Below, piece after piece: positions 23,019-30,908 of a stretch of DNA of 32,000 bases; position 1 is the stretch's first letter; each line of letters starts with the position of its first letter. Source of the stretch: Candidatus Iainarchaeum sp. (GTDB lineage Archaea > Iainarchaeota > Iainarchaeia > Iainarchaeales > JACQJH01). Under the pieces are notes generated by a model that worked only from the letters and a program-made list of their open reading frames with translations, searched no databases and had not been told where the DNA came from. The translations under genes and the position numbers were made by a program. The stretch is taken from NCBI GenBank assembly GCA_016205145.1, contig JACQJH010000002.1, forward strand, positions 270,001-302,000, given 5' to 3'.

Positions 23019-23531
23019 ATGCGGGAAACAATTATGCGGGTTGCCGCGCTGTTGCTGCTGTGCTTGGCAATGCCGCAGGCGTTTGCTCAAACCGCGGACG
23101 TGTTGGCGGTTTCAATCAACTCCATAACCTTCGACCCGCAGACAGGGGTTGCCGCGCTCGCATTTACTGCCAGCAACGTGTCTGCGGCCAATGCCACTGC
23201 GACAATCACCTTCGACCTTCTTGACGCAACGACAAATGCGGTTGTGGCAGACAACATAGTGCCCCCCGACTCGAGGGCAATCGCCGCGCATTCGGAAATT
23301 CCGATTACCAGGAACATTGACCTTGCAGGAAAGACCACCGGAAGCAAAAACTATTACATCAAAATAACCGCTGCCGGATTCGGCGGAGAGACTGATCTTT
23401 CGGACAACACCGCAAAGGCGCTCGTAACCGTGCCCAAAAGCGTCCAAACCCTGAACGTCGACGAAACGAACGTTCTTTTGCTGCCGCTCGTCTTTTTAAC
23501 GGTTTTAGGGTTAATCCTTTTCAGGAAATGA
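23019..23531 (+). CDS. Small secreted CARDB-like surface protein with C-terminal TM anchor
   Basis: Signal peptide: MRETIMRVAALLLLCLAMPQAFAQ. Beta-rich domain: DVLAVSINSITFDPQTGVAALAFTASNVSAANATATITFDL. C-terminal anchor: LLLPLVFLTVLGLILFRK. No specific function can be assigned. Confidence 0.6.
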   Translation: MRETIMRVAALLLLCLAMPQAFAQTADVLAVSINSITFDPQTGVAALAFTASNVSAANATATITFDLLDATTNAVVADNIVPPDSRAIAAHSEIPITRNIDLAGKTTGSKNYYIKITAAGFGGETDLSDNTAKALVTVPKSVQTLNVDETNVLLLPLVFLTVLGLILFRK

Positions 23532-23574
23532 AAGCCGGAACTGCCGGGCACTAAAAAAAAGCGGTGGACTTTTT

Positions 23575-24138
23575 GTGATAATAATCGCGCTCACGGGCAT
23601 GGCGAGAAGCGGCAAGGACACTGCCGCAAACGTTTTGGAGAAAAAATTCGGCTTCAAAAAACTGGTTTTCTCGGATTTCCTCAAAGCGGAAGTTGAAAGG
23701 CGCGGCCTTGAAATCAGCAAGGAAAACATGTCCAAAGTGGGGGACGAACTGCGCAAAGCCGAGGGCATGGACTGCGTCGCAAAACGGCTCTGGCTTGAAG
23801 CGAAAAAATCCGAAAAAGTCGTGGCGGTCGGCATGCGATCCGTAGAGGAAGCCGAATTCCTCAAAGGCAGGGCGGACTCCTTTTACCTGATTGCATTGAA
23901 GGCCGAGCCTTCAATGCGGTTTGAACGGAAATCCGAAGCCGACCCGCAGGCCGAAAAAGACTTTTTTGCAAGGGACGAGCGCGACGTTGCAAACAAGGGC
24001 CTTGGAAAAATAATCGGCCTGGCTGACATGATGATTGAAAACAATTCGACGCTTGATGCGCTGGAAAAAAAAGTTGAAATGGCCGCCCGGCTTGCCCAAA
24101 AAAAGCCCCGAAAACCTGCCGGGAAGACAAAGCCTTAA
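23575..24138 (+). CDS. P-loop nucleotide/nucleoside kinase-like protein (UPF0200 / dephospho-CoA-kinase-like)
   Basis: GTG start. The P-loop sits at the extreme N-terminus (IIIALTGMARSGKDTAANVL). Size (~187 aa) and layout resemble archaeal UPF0200/adenylate-kinase-like proteins. The C-terminal tail is basic (AQKKPRKPAGKTKP). Substrate unknown. Confidence 0.6.
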   Translation: MIIIALTGMARSGKDTAANVLEKKFGFKKLVFSDFLKAEVERRGLEISKENMSKVGDELRKAEGMDCVAKRLWLEAKKSEKVVAVGMRSVEEAEFLKGRADSFYLIALKAEPSMRFERKSEADPQAEKDFFARDERDVANKGLGKIIGLADMMIENNSTLDALEKKVEMAARLAQKKPRKPAGKTKP

Positions 24139-24176
24139 AAAGAAGAAAAACCCAATAAAAGCTGGTGGTTTTGAAA

Positions 24177-24887
24177 ATGGCTGACCCGATAACGGATTTC
24201 ATCAGCATTCTTGGCCTTGGCCTGGCAAGAATCGGCGAAAACCTTCTCAATGAAACAGCGAGAATTGTTCCAGGCCTGCTTGTCGCGGTAATACTCATAA
24301 TCGTCGGCGTAATAGCCGCCAAAATCGCCAAGGAAATAGTCGTAAAGATACTGCAGGGCATAAGGATCGACCAGTGGATCGAGGAACAGAACCTGCATCC
24401 GGCCATAGGCAAAACCCCGATATCCGACATTCTTGGAAGCCTTTCCAAATGGTACATTCTCGGAGTGTTCCTGGCGGAGGCCGCAGTAAGAGTCGAGCTC
24501 AAAGTCGTGCAAACACTCATCAATTCCCTTGTCTACTACATTCCACTCGCGGTCTCCGCGATAATAGTGCTTCTGTTCGGGTTGCTTGCAGCGCGCTACG
24601 TCAGGAACAAAATCAGCGCAACCGAGCACAGGTACAGGAATGCCGCCGGACTGGCAGTCGAAGCCGCAATTCTGCTGTTTACTGTTCTTTTGTCATTGAC
24701 ATACGTTGTCGGCGACGCCAAAACCCAGATACTGCTGCAGGCCGTTTACTTCTTCCTCAACCCGTTCCTGTGGGCCGCCGCAATAATAACCGGCATAGTC
24801 GTAGGAATATCCTTTGGTGTAGCGTTCAAGGAAGACATCAAAAAGCTGGGCTTCGAGGCCAAAAAGTTCGCGAACAAGTTCAGATAG
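24177..24887 (+). CDS. Integral membrane protein (about 4-5 TM helices), function unknown
   Basis: Track ORF 24165 (GTG); ATG at 24177 (MADPITDFISILGLG). Long hydrophobic helices include IVPGLLVAVILIIVGVIAAKIAKEIVV and YYIPLAVSAIIVLLFGLLAARYV. This loosely resembles the conserved-TM-helix repeats found in the N-termini of some mechanosensitive channels. Confidence 0.55.
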   Translation: MADPITDFISILGLGLARIGENLLNETARIVPGLLVAVILIIVGVIAAKIAKEIVVKILQGIRIDQWIEEQNLHPAIGKTPISDILGSLSKWYILGVFLAEAAVRVELKVVQTLINSLVYYIPLAVSAIIVLLFGLLAARYVRNKISATEHRYRNAAGLAVEAAILLFTVLLSLTYVVGDAKTQILLQAVYFFLNPFLWAAAIITGIVVGISFGVAFKEDIKKLGFEAKKFANKFR

Positions 24888-24954
24888 GCTGAAGGCAGGC
24901 AATTTTCCACGAAAAAAGGTGGCTTTAAATAAGCTTGCCAGCCGAATCTTACCG

Positions 24955-25320
24955 ATGACTATGAAGGTAAGCGAAATAAGGCCGTACGGAAAAAAAATTG
25001 ACCTGACAGTGAAGGCACTCAAAAAGAACGAGGAACGCGAAGTCAGCTCAAAACTCGACGGCTCAACGCACAAAGTAACGGAAGCGCTTGTCGGCGACGA
25101 AACAGGAACCGTGCTCCTGACGCTCTGGGATGACACGATTGCAAAAGTCGAGGAAGGCAAATCGTACAAGGTGACGAACGCCTATGCTTCTTTTTTCAAG
25201 AACTCCCTGAGAGTGAACATCGGCAGGTTCGGCACTATAGAGGAAAGCCCTGAAACCGTGGAAAACGCCAACGAAAAAAACAACCTCAGCGAAAAAGAGT
25301 TCTCCGGAAGACAGGCTTGA
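24955..25320 (+). CDS. ssb: Single-stranded DNA-binding protein, single OB-fold (Sulfolobus SSB type)
   Basis: HKVTEALVGDETGTVLLTLWDDTIAKVEEGKSYKVTNAYASFFKNSLRVNIG closely parallels the Sulfolobus SSB core as I recall it ([50 protein letters not shown]). The track ORF starts at GTG 24919. The ATG at 24955 lies 27 nt downstream of the centre of TATA-like TTTAAATAA (24924-24932). Confidence 0.8.
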   Translation: MTMKVSEIRPYGKKIDLTVKALKKNEEREVSSKLDGSTHKVTEALVGDETGTVLLTLWDDTIAKVEEGKSYKVTNAYASFFKNSLRVNIGRFGTIEESPETVENANEKNNLSEKEFSGRQA

Positions 25321-25399
25321 AACTGCCACAGGGCAAAAAAAAGCCAAAAAAAGCCGCCGGCATGGCAAAAAACTTTTTCAAAAAACCGGGAAGTTTAAC

Positions 25400-25407
25400 T
25401 ATTTAAA
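25400..25407 (+). promoter_or_regulatory. TATA box (TATTTAAA) upstream of tRNA-Ile
   Basis: It lies ~30 nt upstream of the mature tRNA 5' end at 25436, which is compatible with a short 5' leader. Confidence 0.45.
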
Positions 25408-25435
25408 GACTACTTCAGTCATATCCTTAAAAGCC

Positions 25436-25507
25436 GGGCGCGTAGCTCAGCGGTAGAGCATTGGTCTTATACACCAACGGTCGGCGGTCCGAATCCGCCC
25501 GTGCCCA
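25436..25507 (+). tRNA. tRNA-Ile, anticodon UAU (reads AUA)
   Basis: Cloverleaf folded by hand. Acceptor: GGGCGCG / CGTGCCC (one G-U pair), discriminator A. D arm: GCTC-AGCGGTA-GAGC. Anticodon stem: TTGGT / ACCAA, with loop C-T-TAT-A-C. Variable loop: CGGTC. T arm: GGCGG-TCCGAAT-CCGCC. There is no intron and no encoded CCA. Confidence 0.9.
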
Positions 25508-25592
25508 AACCCGCTTTCGCGCGGGTGAAACGACGACGGGTATTTCGCTCCGCTCAATACCCATCTGCGCGCCAAAAAAAGAGTGAAATCGC

Positions 25593-28472
25593 ATGCAGGA
25601 AAAGAAATTGCTTGAGGCGTATTCGCCTGAAAAGGAAGCCGAAGTCAAAAGGCTGTGGAAGGAAAAGGGCATCCCCGGAAAGGCCAGGCGAAAGAACGCC
25701 AAGGCGAAGGAAAAATTCTATTTGATGGACGGCCCGCCATACGCGACCGGCCACATCCACATGGGAACCGCGCTCAACAAGATACTGAAAGACGTTGCAA
25801 TCAGGTCAAAGCGCATGCAGGGATTCGAGGTTTTCGACCGCGCGGGATATGACACGCACGGCCTGCCAATCGAGCACGCAATCGAAAAAGAGCTGGGCTT
25901 CAAAAACAAGCAGGACATCGAAGCCTACGGCGTTGAAAACTTTGTCAAAAAATGCAGGCAGTTTGCAACGCAGTTCATCGGCACAATGAATTCCGAGTTC
26001 GAGGAGCTCGGGGTGTGGATGGACTGGGAAAACCCTTACAAGACGCTTGAAAACTCGTACATCGAGGCAATCTGGCATTCGTTCAAAAAAGCCGACGAAA
26101 AAGGCCTGCTGTACCTTGGAAAGTATTCCGTGCACGTCTGCCCGAGATGCGCGACGGCCGTTGCCTACAATGAAATAGAATACGCGAAGCAGACTGACAC
26201 GAGCGTTTACGTGAAATTTCCAATCGAAGGCGAAAAAGGGAAATTCTTTGTCATCTGGACTACAACGCCCTGGACCCTGCCCGCAAACACGGGCATAATG
26301 GCGCACCCCGCATTCAAGTATTCTGAAGTCAGCCTGAGCAACGGCGAAACCTGGATTGTGGCGGAAGCTCTGGTGCAAAAACTCATGGCCGCGATTGAGG
26401 CAGGCTACACTGTAAAGCGCACGTTTTTTGGAAAAGAGCTTGAAGGGAAAAAATATTCCAATCCATTGTCAAAGAACCTCGCGTTGAAGCCGGAGGACAC
26501 GAAAAACGCTTACCGCGTAATCCTGAGCGACAGGTACGTGAACCTCGACGAAGGCACGGGACTCGTGCACACTGCACCCGGCCACGGCAAGGAAGACTTC
26601 GACGCCGGTTCGAAAGCAGGCCTGCCGGTTCTGTCGCCGGTTGAAATCGACGGCACAATGACAAAAGAAGCGGGAAAGTATGCGGGCAAAAAGGCAAGGC
26701 AGGTCGACCCGGAAATAATCGATGATTTGGAAAGCCTCGGAGCATTGGTGTACAGGCACCCTTACACGCACGATTATCCGCTTTGCTGGAGATGCAAGAC
26801 TCCATTGCTGATGATTGCGACTCCGCAGTGGTTCTTCCGCGTTTCGCAGATTCAGAAAAAAATGCTCGCGGAAAACGACAAGGTCAACTGGGTTCCGGCC
26901 TGGATGAAGGACAGGATGAAAAACTGGATTGAAAGCCTCGGCGACTGGCCGGTTTCAAGGAAACGCTACTGGGGCTCGCCCCTGCCGATCTGGGTGTGCG
27001 CAAAATGCAATAAAAGAAAGGTTGTCGGCTCGCTTGCGGAACTCAAAAGCCTTGCCAAGGTGCCGGAAGGAATTGACCTGCACAAACCCTACATTGACGC
27101 CATAACAATGAAATGCGATTGCGGCAATGAAATGAAAAGGGTCGAAGAGGTCTTGGACGTCTGGTTCGATTCCGGCGTTTCAAGCTGGGCAGCGCTCGGC
27201 TTTCCCGCTGAAAAAAAGCAGTTTGAAAGGTTCTGGCCCGCTGATTTGAACATCGAAGGAACAGACCAGGTCCGGGGCTGGTGGAACTCGCAGCTCATAA
27301 CCTCGACAATCTGCTTCGGCAAAAAGCCGTTCGAAAGCATAATGGTGCACGGCATAGTGCTCGGCCCAGACAAGCAAAAAATGGCAAAAAGCAATCTAAA
27401 AAGCATGATAAGGCCGCAGGAGGTAATCGCAAAATACAACCGCGACTACCTGCGATATTACCTTATTTCCGCCTCGAAAGGCGAGGACTTCTCTTTCGAC
27501 TGGAACGGGTTCAGCGACATTTCAAGGTTTTTCAACATTCTCTGGAACTGCCACAATTTCGCAAAACTCTATCTTGAGATAGACGCAGAAAAAGCGGATA
27601 AAATCGATGCCGCGCAGCTTGAGCCGGAGGACAACTGGATTCTTGCAAGGCTCAATTCAGTGACGGAGGAAACACTGCAGGCATACAACGGCTACGCGTT
27701 TTACAAGGCGTTGGCGTGCATAAGCGATTTCGTCATGGAGGATTTCAGCCGCACCTACATCAAGCTTGTCAGGGAACGCGTCGGCACAGGCACGGAAAAA
27801 GCGCTCGCGCGGACGGTGTCAAAAATCCTTTTCGACCTGCTTAGATTGCTTGCGCCGGTCACGCCGCACATAACCGAATACATTTACCAGGACATCCGCA
27901 CTGGAAAAATGCCTGAAAGCATCCACCTGCTGGAACTGCCAAAGCCGGACAAAAAGCTTGAAAACAAGGCATTGGAAAAAGAAATGTCCTTGGTGAAAGA
28001 ACTTGCACAGGCCTGCCTCGCTCTCAGGGAAGAGAACAAGCTGAGGCTCAGATGGCCGTTGAACAGGCTTGTTGTGGTGACCAAGACCGGAAAAGAGCTT
28101 GGAAAGGCAAAGGATATTCTCGCAAAAATGGCGAACGTGAAAAAGGTTTCCGAAGCAAAGGAAAAGCCTGCAGGAAAGTTCGCGGAAAAGCAGGCCGGAG
28201 AAACAACTCTTTGCCTTGACATCGCAACCACGAAAGAGCTTGAAGACGAATGGGAACTGCGGGAACTTGTCAGGCAGGTGCAGGCCATGAGAAAAGAGGC
28301 AAACCTCAACCCCAACGACACTGCCAGGCTGGGAATAAGCTGCGACGACAATGTTTTCCTCAAAAAATTCGCAAAGCAGATAGAGGAAGAAACGAACACG
28401 AAAATCGCCGGGGCGAAAGGCGAAATGAAAAAGCTGTTAAAGCGCGGATTCCATTTAGAGATAGGACAATGA
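25593..28472 (+). CDS. ileS: Isoleucyl-tRNA synthetase
   Basis: 959 aa. Class I HIGH region (PPYATGHIHMGTALNK) and KMSKS variant (KMAKS) are present. Editing (CP1) motifs: WTTTPWTLPAN and GTGLVHTAPGHGKEDF. Also WPVSRKRYWGSPLPIW. The overall pattern is IleRS rather than ValRS or LeuRS. Confidence 0.95.
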   Translation: MQEKKLLEAYSPEKEAEVKRLWKEKGIPGKARRKNAKAKEKFYLMDGPPYATGHIHMGTALNKILKDVAIRSKRMQGFEVFDRAGYDTHGLPIEHAIEKELGFKNKQDIEAYGVENFVKKCRQFATQFIGTMNSEFEELGVWMDWENPYKTLENSYIEAIWHSFKKADEKGLLYLGKYSVHVCPRCATAVAYNEIEYAKQTDTSVYVKFPIEGEKGKFFVIWTTTPWTLPANTGIMAHPAFKYSEVSLSNGETWIVAEALVQKLMAAIEAGYTVKRTFFGKELEGKKYSNPLSKNLALKPEDTKNAYRVILSDRYVNLDEGTGLVHTAPGHGKEDFDAGSKAGLPVLSPVEIDGTMTKEAGKYAGKKARQVDPEIIDDLESLGALVYRHPYTHDYPLCWRCKTPLLMIATPQWFFRVSQIQKKMLAENDKVNWVPAWMKDRMKNWIESLGDWPVSRKRYWGSPLPIWVCAKCNKRKVVGSLAELKSLAKVPEGIDLHKPYIDAITMKCDCGNEMKRVEEVLDVWFDSGVSSWAALGFPAEKKQFERFWPADLNIEGTDQVRGWWNSQLITSTICFGKKPFESIMVHGIVLGPDKQKMAKSNLKSMIRPQEVIAKYNRDYLRYYLISASKGEDFSFDWNGFSDISRFFNILWNCHNFAKLYLEIDAEKADKIDAAQLEPEDNWILARLNSVTEETLQAYNGYAFYKALACISDFVMEDFSRTYIKLVRERVGTGTEKALARTVSKILFDLLRLLAPVTPHITEYIYQDIRTGKMPESIHLLELPKPDKKLENKALEKEMSLVKELAQACLALREENKLRLRWPLNRLVVVTKTGKELGKAKDILAKMANVKKVSEAKEKPAGKFAEKQAGETTLCLDIATTKELEDEWELRELVRQVQAMRKEANLNPNDTARLGISCDDNVFLKKFAKQIEEETNTKIAGAKGEMKKLLKRGFHLEIGQ

Positions 28473-28518
28473 AAAAAAAGAAAAAAACCGGCAAGCTGGA
28501 AAAACGGGTGACAAAACC

Positions 28519-29433
28519 ATGCAGAAAATAGTTGACTTCGACTCGGACGCATTCTCCGCCAAGGGAATTTCAGGAGTGTTCGCAAACTCCGGCTTCCAGG
28601 CGACAAACATTGCCGGGGCTGTCGAGTTGATTGAAAAAATGAAAAAGGACAAGGCGACGATCATTCTCAGCTTCACCGCAAACATGGTGGCAACGGGAAT
28701 GCGAGGCATCATCGCGGAACTGTGCAGGAAAAAATTCGTCGACGCGATCATAACAACTGCCGGCAGCACAGACCATGACATCATCAAAAGCTTCGTGCCA
28801 TACTCCGTCGGAAGCTTTGACGCCGATGATTCCGAACTGCACGCCAAAGGCATCAACAGGATCGGCAACATTTTCGTGCCCACAAAAGGCTTCGAGGTTT
28901 TGGAACAGAAAATAAGGCCCGTTTACAAAAAAATGCTTGAAGGCAAAAAGCCTTTTTCGCCCAGCGAACTCAACTCCGAAATCGGCGGAATACTCGGAAA
29001 GGACTCGTTCCTTTACTGGTGCAGGAAAAACTCGATTCCTGTTTTCTGCCCCGGCATAACCGACGGCGCGATCGGGCTGCAAATGTACTTTTTCAGGCAG
29101 GACAACCCTGGTTTCATTGTTGACGTCACAAAGGACATGAAAGAGCTGGCTGACATTGTGCTGAACGCGGACAAAACCGGGGCAATCATTTTAGGCGGCG
29201 GAATCTCCAAGCACCATACAATCGGCGTGAACATTCTGCGAGAAGGCCTCGACTACGCGGTTTACGTTTCAACGGCAGGCGAGTTCGACGGCAGCCTCAG
29301 CGGCGCAAGGCCGAAAGAAGCGAAAAGCTGGGGCAAGCTCAAGGAAAAAGGTTCTTCCGTCCACGTTTTCTGCGAAGCCACAATCGCAGTGCCATTGATT
29401 GTCGCGTCGCTCAAGGAAAAAGGGCTGTTGTGA
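28519..29433 (+). CDS. dys: Deoxyhypusine synthase
   Basis: 304 aa. Motifs: SGFQATNIAGAVELIEKM, TTAGSTDHDIIK, NRIGNIFVP, PGITDGAIG, ILGGGISKHH, and the catalytic-lysine region RPKEAKSWGKL. Confidence 0.93.
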   Translation: MQKIVDFDSDAFSAKGISGVFANSGFQATNIAGAVELIEKMKKDKATIILSFTANMVATGMRGIIAELCRKKFVDAIITTAGSTDHDIIKSFVPYSVGSFDADDSELHAKGINRIGNIFVPTKGFEVLEQKIRPVYKKMLEGKKPFSPSELNSEIGGILGKDSFLYWCRKNSIPVFCPGITDGAIGLQMYFFRQDNPGFIVDVTKDMKELADIVLNADKTGAIILGGGISKHHTIGVNILREGLDYAVYVSTAGEFDGSLSGARPKEAKSWGKLKEKGSSVHVFCEATIAVPLIVASLKEKGLL

Positions 29434-29440
29434 AAAGCGC

Positions 29441-30370
29441 ATGATTCCGGAAGTCATTTTGTTCGGGTTGTCGGGCTTTTTCGCAAAGCTCACGGACAAC
29501 CTTGTCGACGAAAGGTTCGTTTCAAGGGATAGCCTCAAGTACTTCACTGCAATAATGTACGGCGCGGTTGCCGGCTACCTTGCATCGACGAATTCGGATT
29601 TTGCAACGCTCATTTTCGGGATAATGGCGGGCAACATAGCGTTCGGCAGGATCGACCACAAGGCGCACCAGCTTGGCGTGGCAATCATAATAGCGGTTGT
29701 CGCGGTTTTCGGCTTAGCGCAAATCAACGCATTGCTGTTCATTGCGTTCGCACTGCTTGCATGGCTCGACGAGTTCCTGAACGACTTGGAAAAAAGCCCG
29801 GGCGTGCTCGGCGAAAGGCCGATGCTGCCATTGGCGTGCATTGCCATCGGCGCATTTTACGGCAATTGGATTTTCCTCATGGCAATCGTGGCATTTGACG
29901 CGAGCTACCGGCTGGCGGATTACGCCATGGAAAGGCTCATGAAAAAATTCAAGGCGGAGTTTGGGCCGCAGCTTGCAATCGACTGCTACAAGTGCAAAAG
30001 CAAAAACCTGTCAAGCGAAAGCTTTGTCAAAAAATTCCTCCTCGAACTCGCAAAAACAATCGGCATGAAACCCATCAGCGGGCCTGCCACAATAAACTAT
30101 TCCGCGGAAAAACCCGACGACAACGGCATTTCAGGCTTCATTCTCATAGCCGAATCGCACATAAGCATCCACACCTATCCCGCGCGCGCACTCGCAAAAG
30201 TCGACATAGTCTCATGCAAGGAATTCGAACAGGCGCAGGCAGTGGAGTTCGTGCGGAAAAAGCTTGAAGCCGAAGACGTGGTGTGGAAAAGGATCGAGCG
30301 CGGAAAAGAATACCCGAAAGACGTCGAAGAAGCCAAAGGCATAATTGACAGGGAAAGAAAAAGCGCCTGA
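29441..30370 (+). CDS. Polytopic membrane domain fused in frame to a pyruvoyl-dependent S-adenosylmethionine decarboxylase (SpeH/SpeD class 1) domain
   Basis: Track ORF starts at TTG 29399 inside dys. The ATG at 29441 lies 8 nt after the dys stop. Residues ~1-160 form 4-5 hydrophobic helices (VILFGLSGFFAKL, AIMYGAVAGYLAS, LIFGIMAGNIAFG, LGVAIIIAVVAVFGLAQINALLFIAFALLAWL, LPLACIAIGAFYGNWIFLMAIVAF). The C-terminal ~140 aa read FGPQLAIDCYKC...GISGFILIAESHISIHTYPA...KVDIVSCK, with the Glu-Ser self-cleavage site of AdoMetDC proenzymes. An internal in-frame ATG at 29927 could also express the soluble domain alone. This cannot be distinguished from the crenarchaeal arginine-decarboxylase paralogue by eye. 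Confidence 0.75.
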   Translation: MIPEVILFGLSGFFAKLTDNLVDERFVSRDSLKYFTAIMYGAVAGYLASTNSDFATLIFGIMAGNIAFGRIDHKAHQLGVAIIIAVVAVFGLAQINALLFIAFALLAWLDEFLNDLEKSPGVLGERPMLPLACIAIGAFYGNWIFLMAIVAFDASYRLADYAMERLMKKFKAEFGPQLAIDCYKCKSKNLSSESFVKKFLLELAKTIGMKPISGPATINYSAEKPDDNGISGFILIAESHISIHTYPARALAKVDIVSCKEFEQAQAVEFVRKKLEAEDVVWKRIERGKEYPKDVEEAKGIIDRERKSA

Positions 30371-30908
30371 ACAACGCGGACTTCAGGCCAGGCAAAAACC
30401 AGATTGCCATTGAAGAGGCGACAGCACAAAAGCAGATGGGTATTGCAACGGCAATGCTCCAAGATCCAAAGATTCCGGGCACGTCGCAAAATCTTGGATT
30501 TTACAAAGTACCCGTCGTCGGAACCGGCGTTGCGAGCAGGGCGAGCCAGCTACACTGCAGGGGTTGCACCCCTTGCAAACCCCGCAAAGCATGCGTGGTG
30601 TTCCGCAACAGCGTGAACACCACAAAACGTACCCGCCGGACGAGACGGCTGCGGACGAAACCGCCGAGTCAGAGGAACAGGTGCGCCGCAACAAGCACCA
30701 CAATCGTTGCAACCGCAAAGCCAACCACAAACAACGGCGGGATTTTCGGCCCTTTAGTGTCCGAATCAAAAAAACGCATTATGCCCAGGCTGGAACTCGG
30801 CCCTGAAACGCCCGGACCCTTTGAAAACTTGACCAACAAAAACCACCCTCTGGAAAAACCAATGAAAGATTATTTAAGGGGGTTACCAATAAAAATAATT
30901 GGTTTGAC

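Noticed and set aside
30515-30560. Possible SRP RNA helix-8-like string (GTCGGAACCGG...GCGAGCAGGG), reminiscent of GGAA tetraloop plus AGCAG
   Set aside because: The flanking bases cannot pair to close a GGAA tetraloop. No Alu-domain or helix-6 counterparts were found, so the resemblance looks fortuitous.
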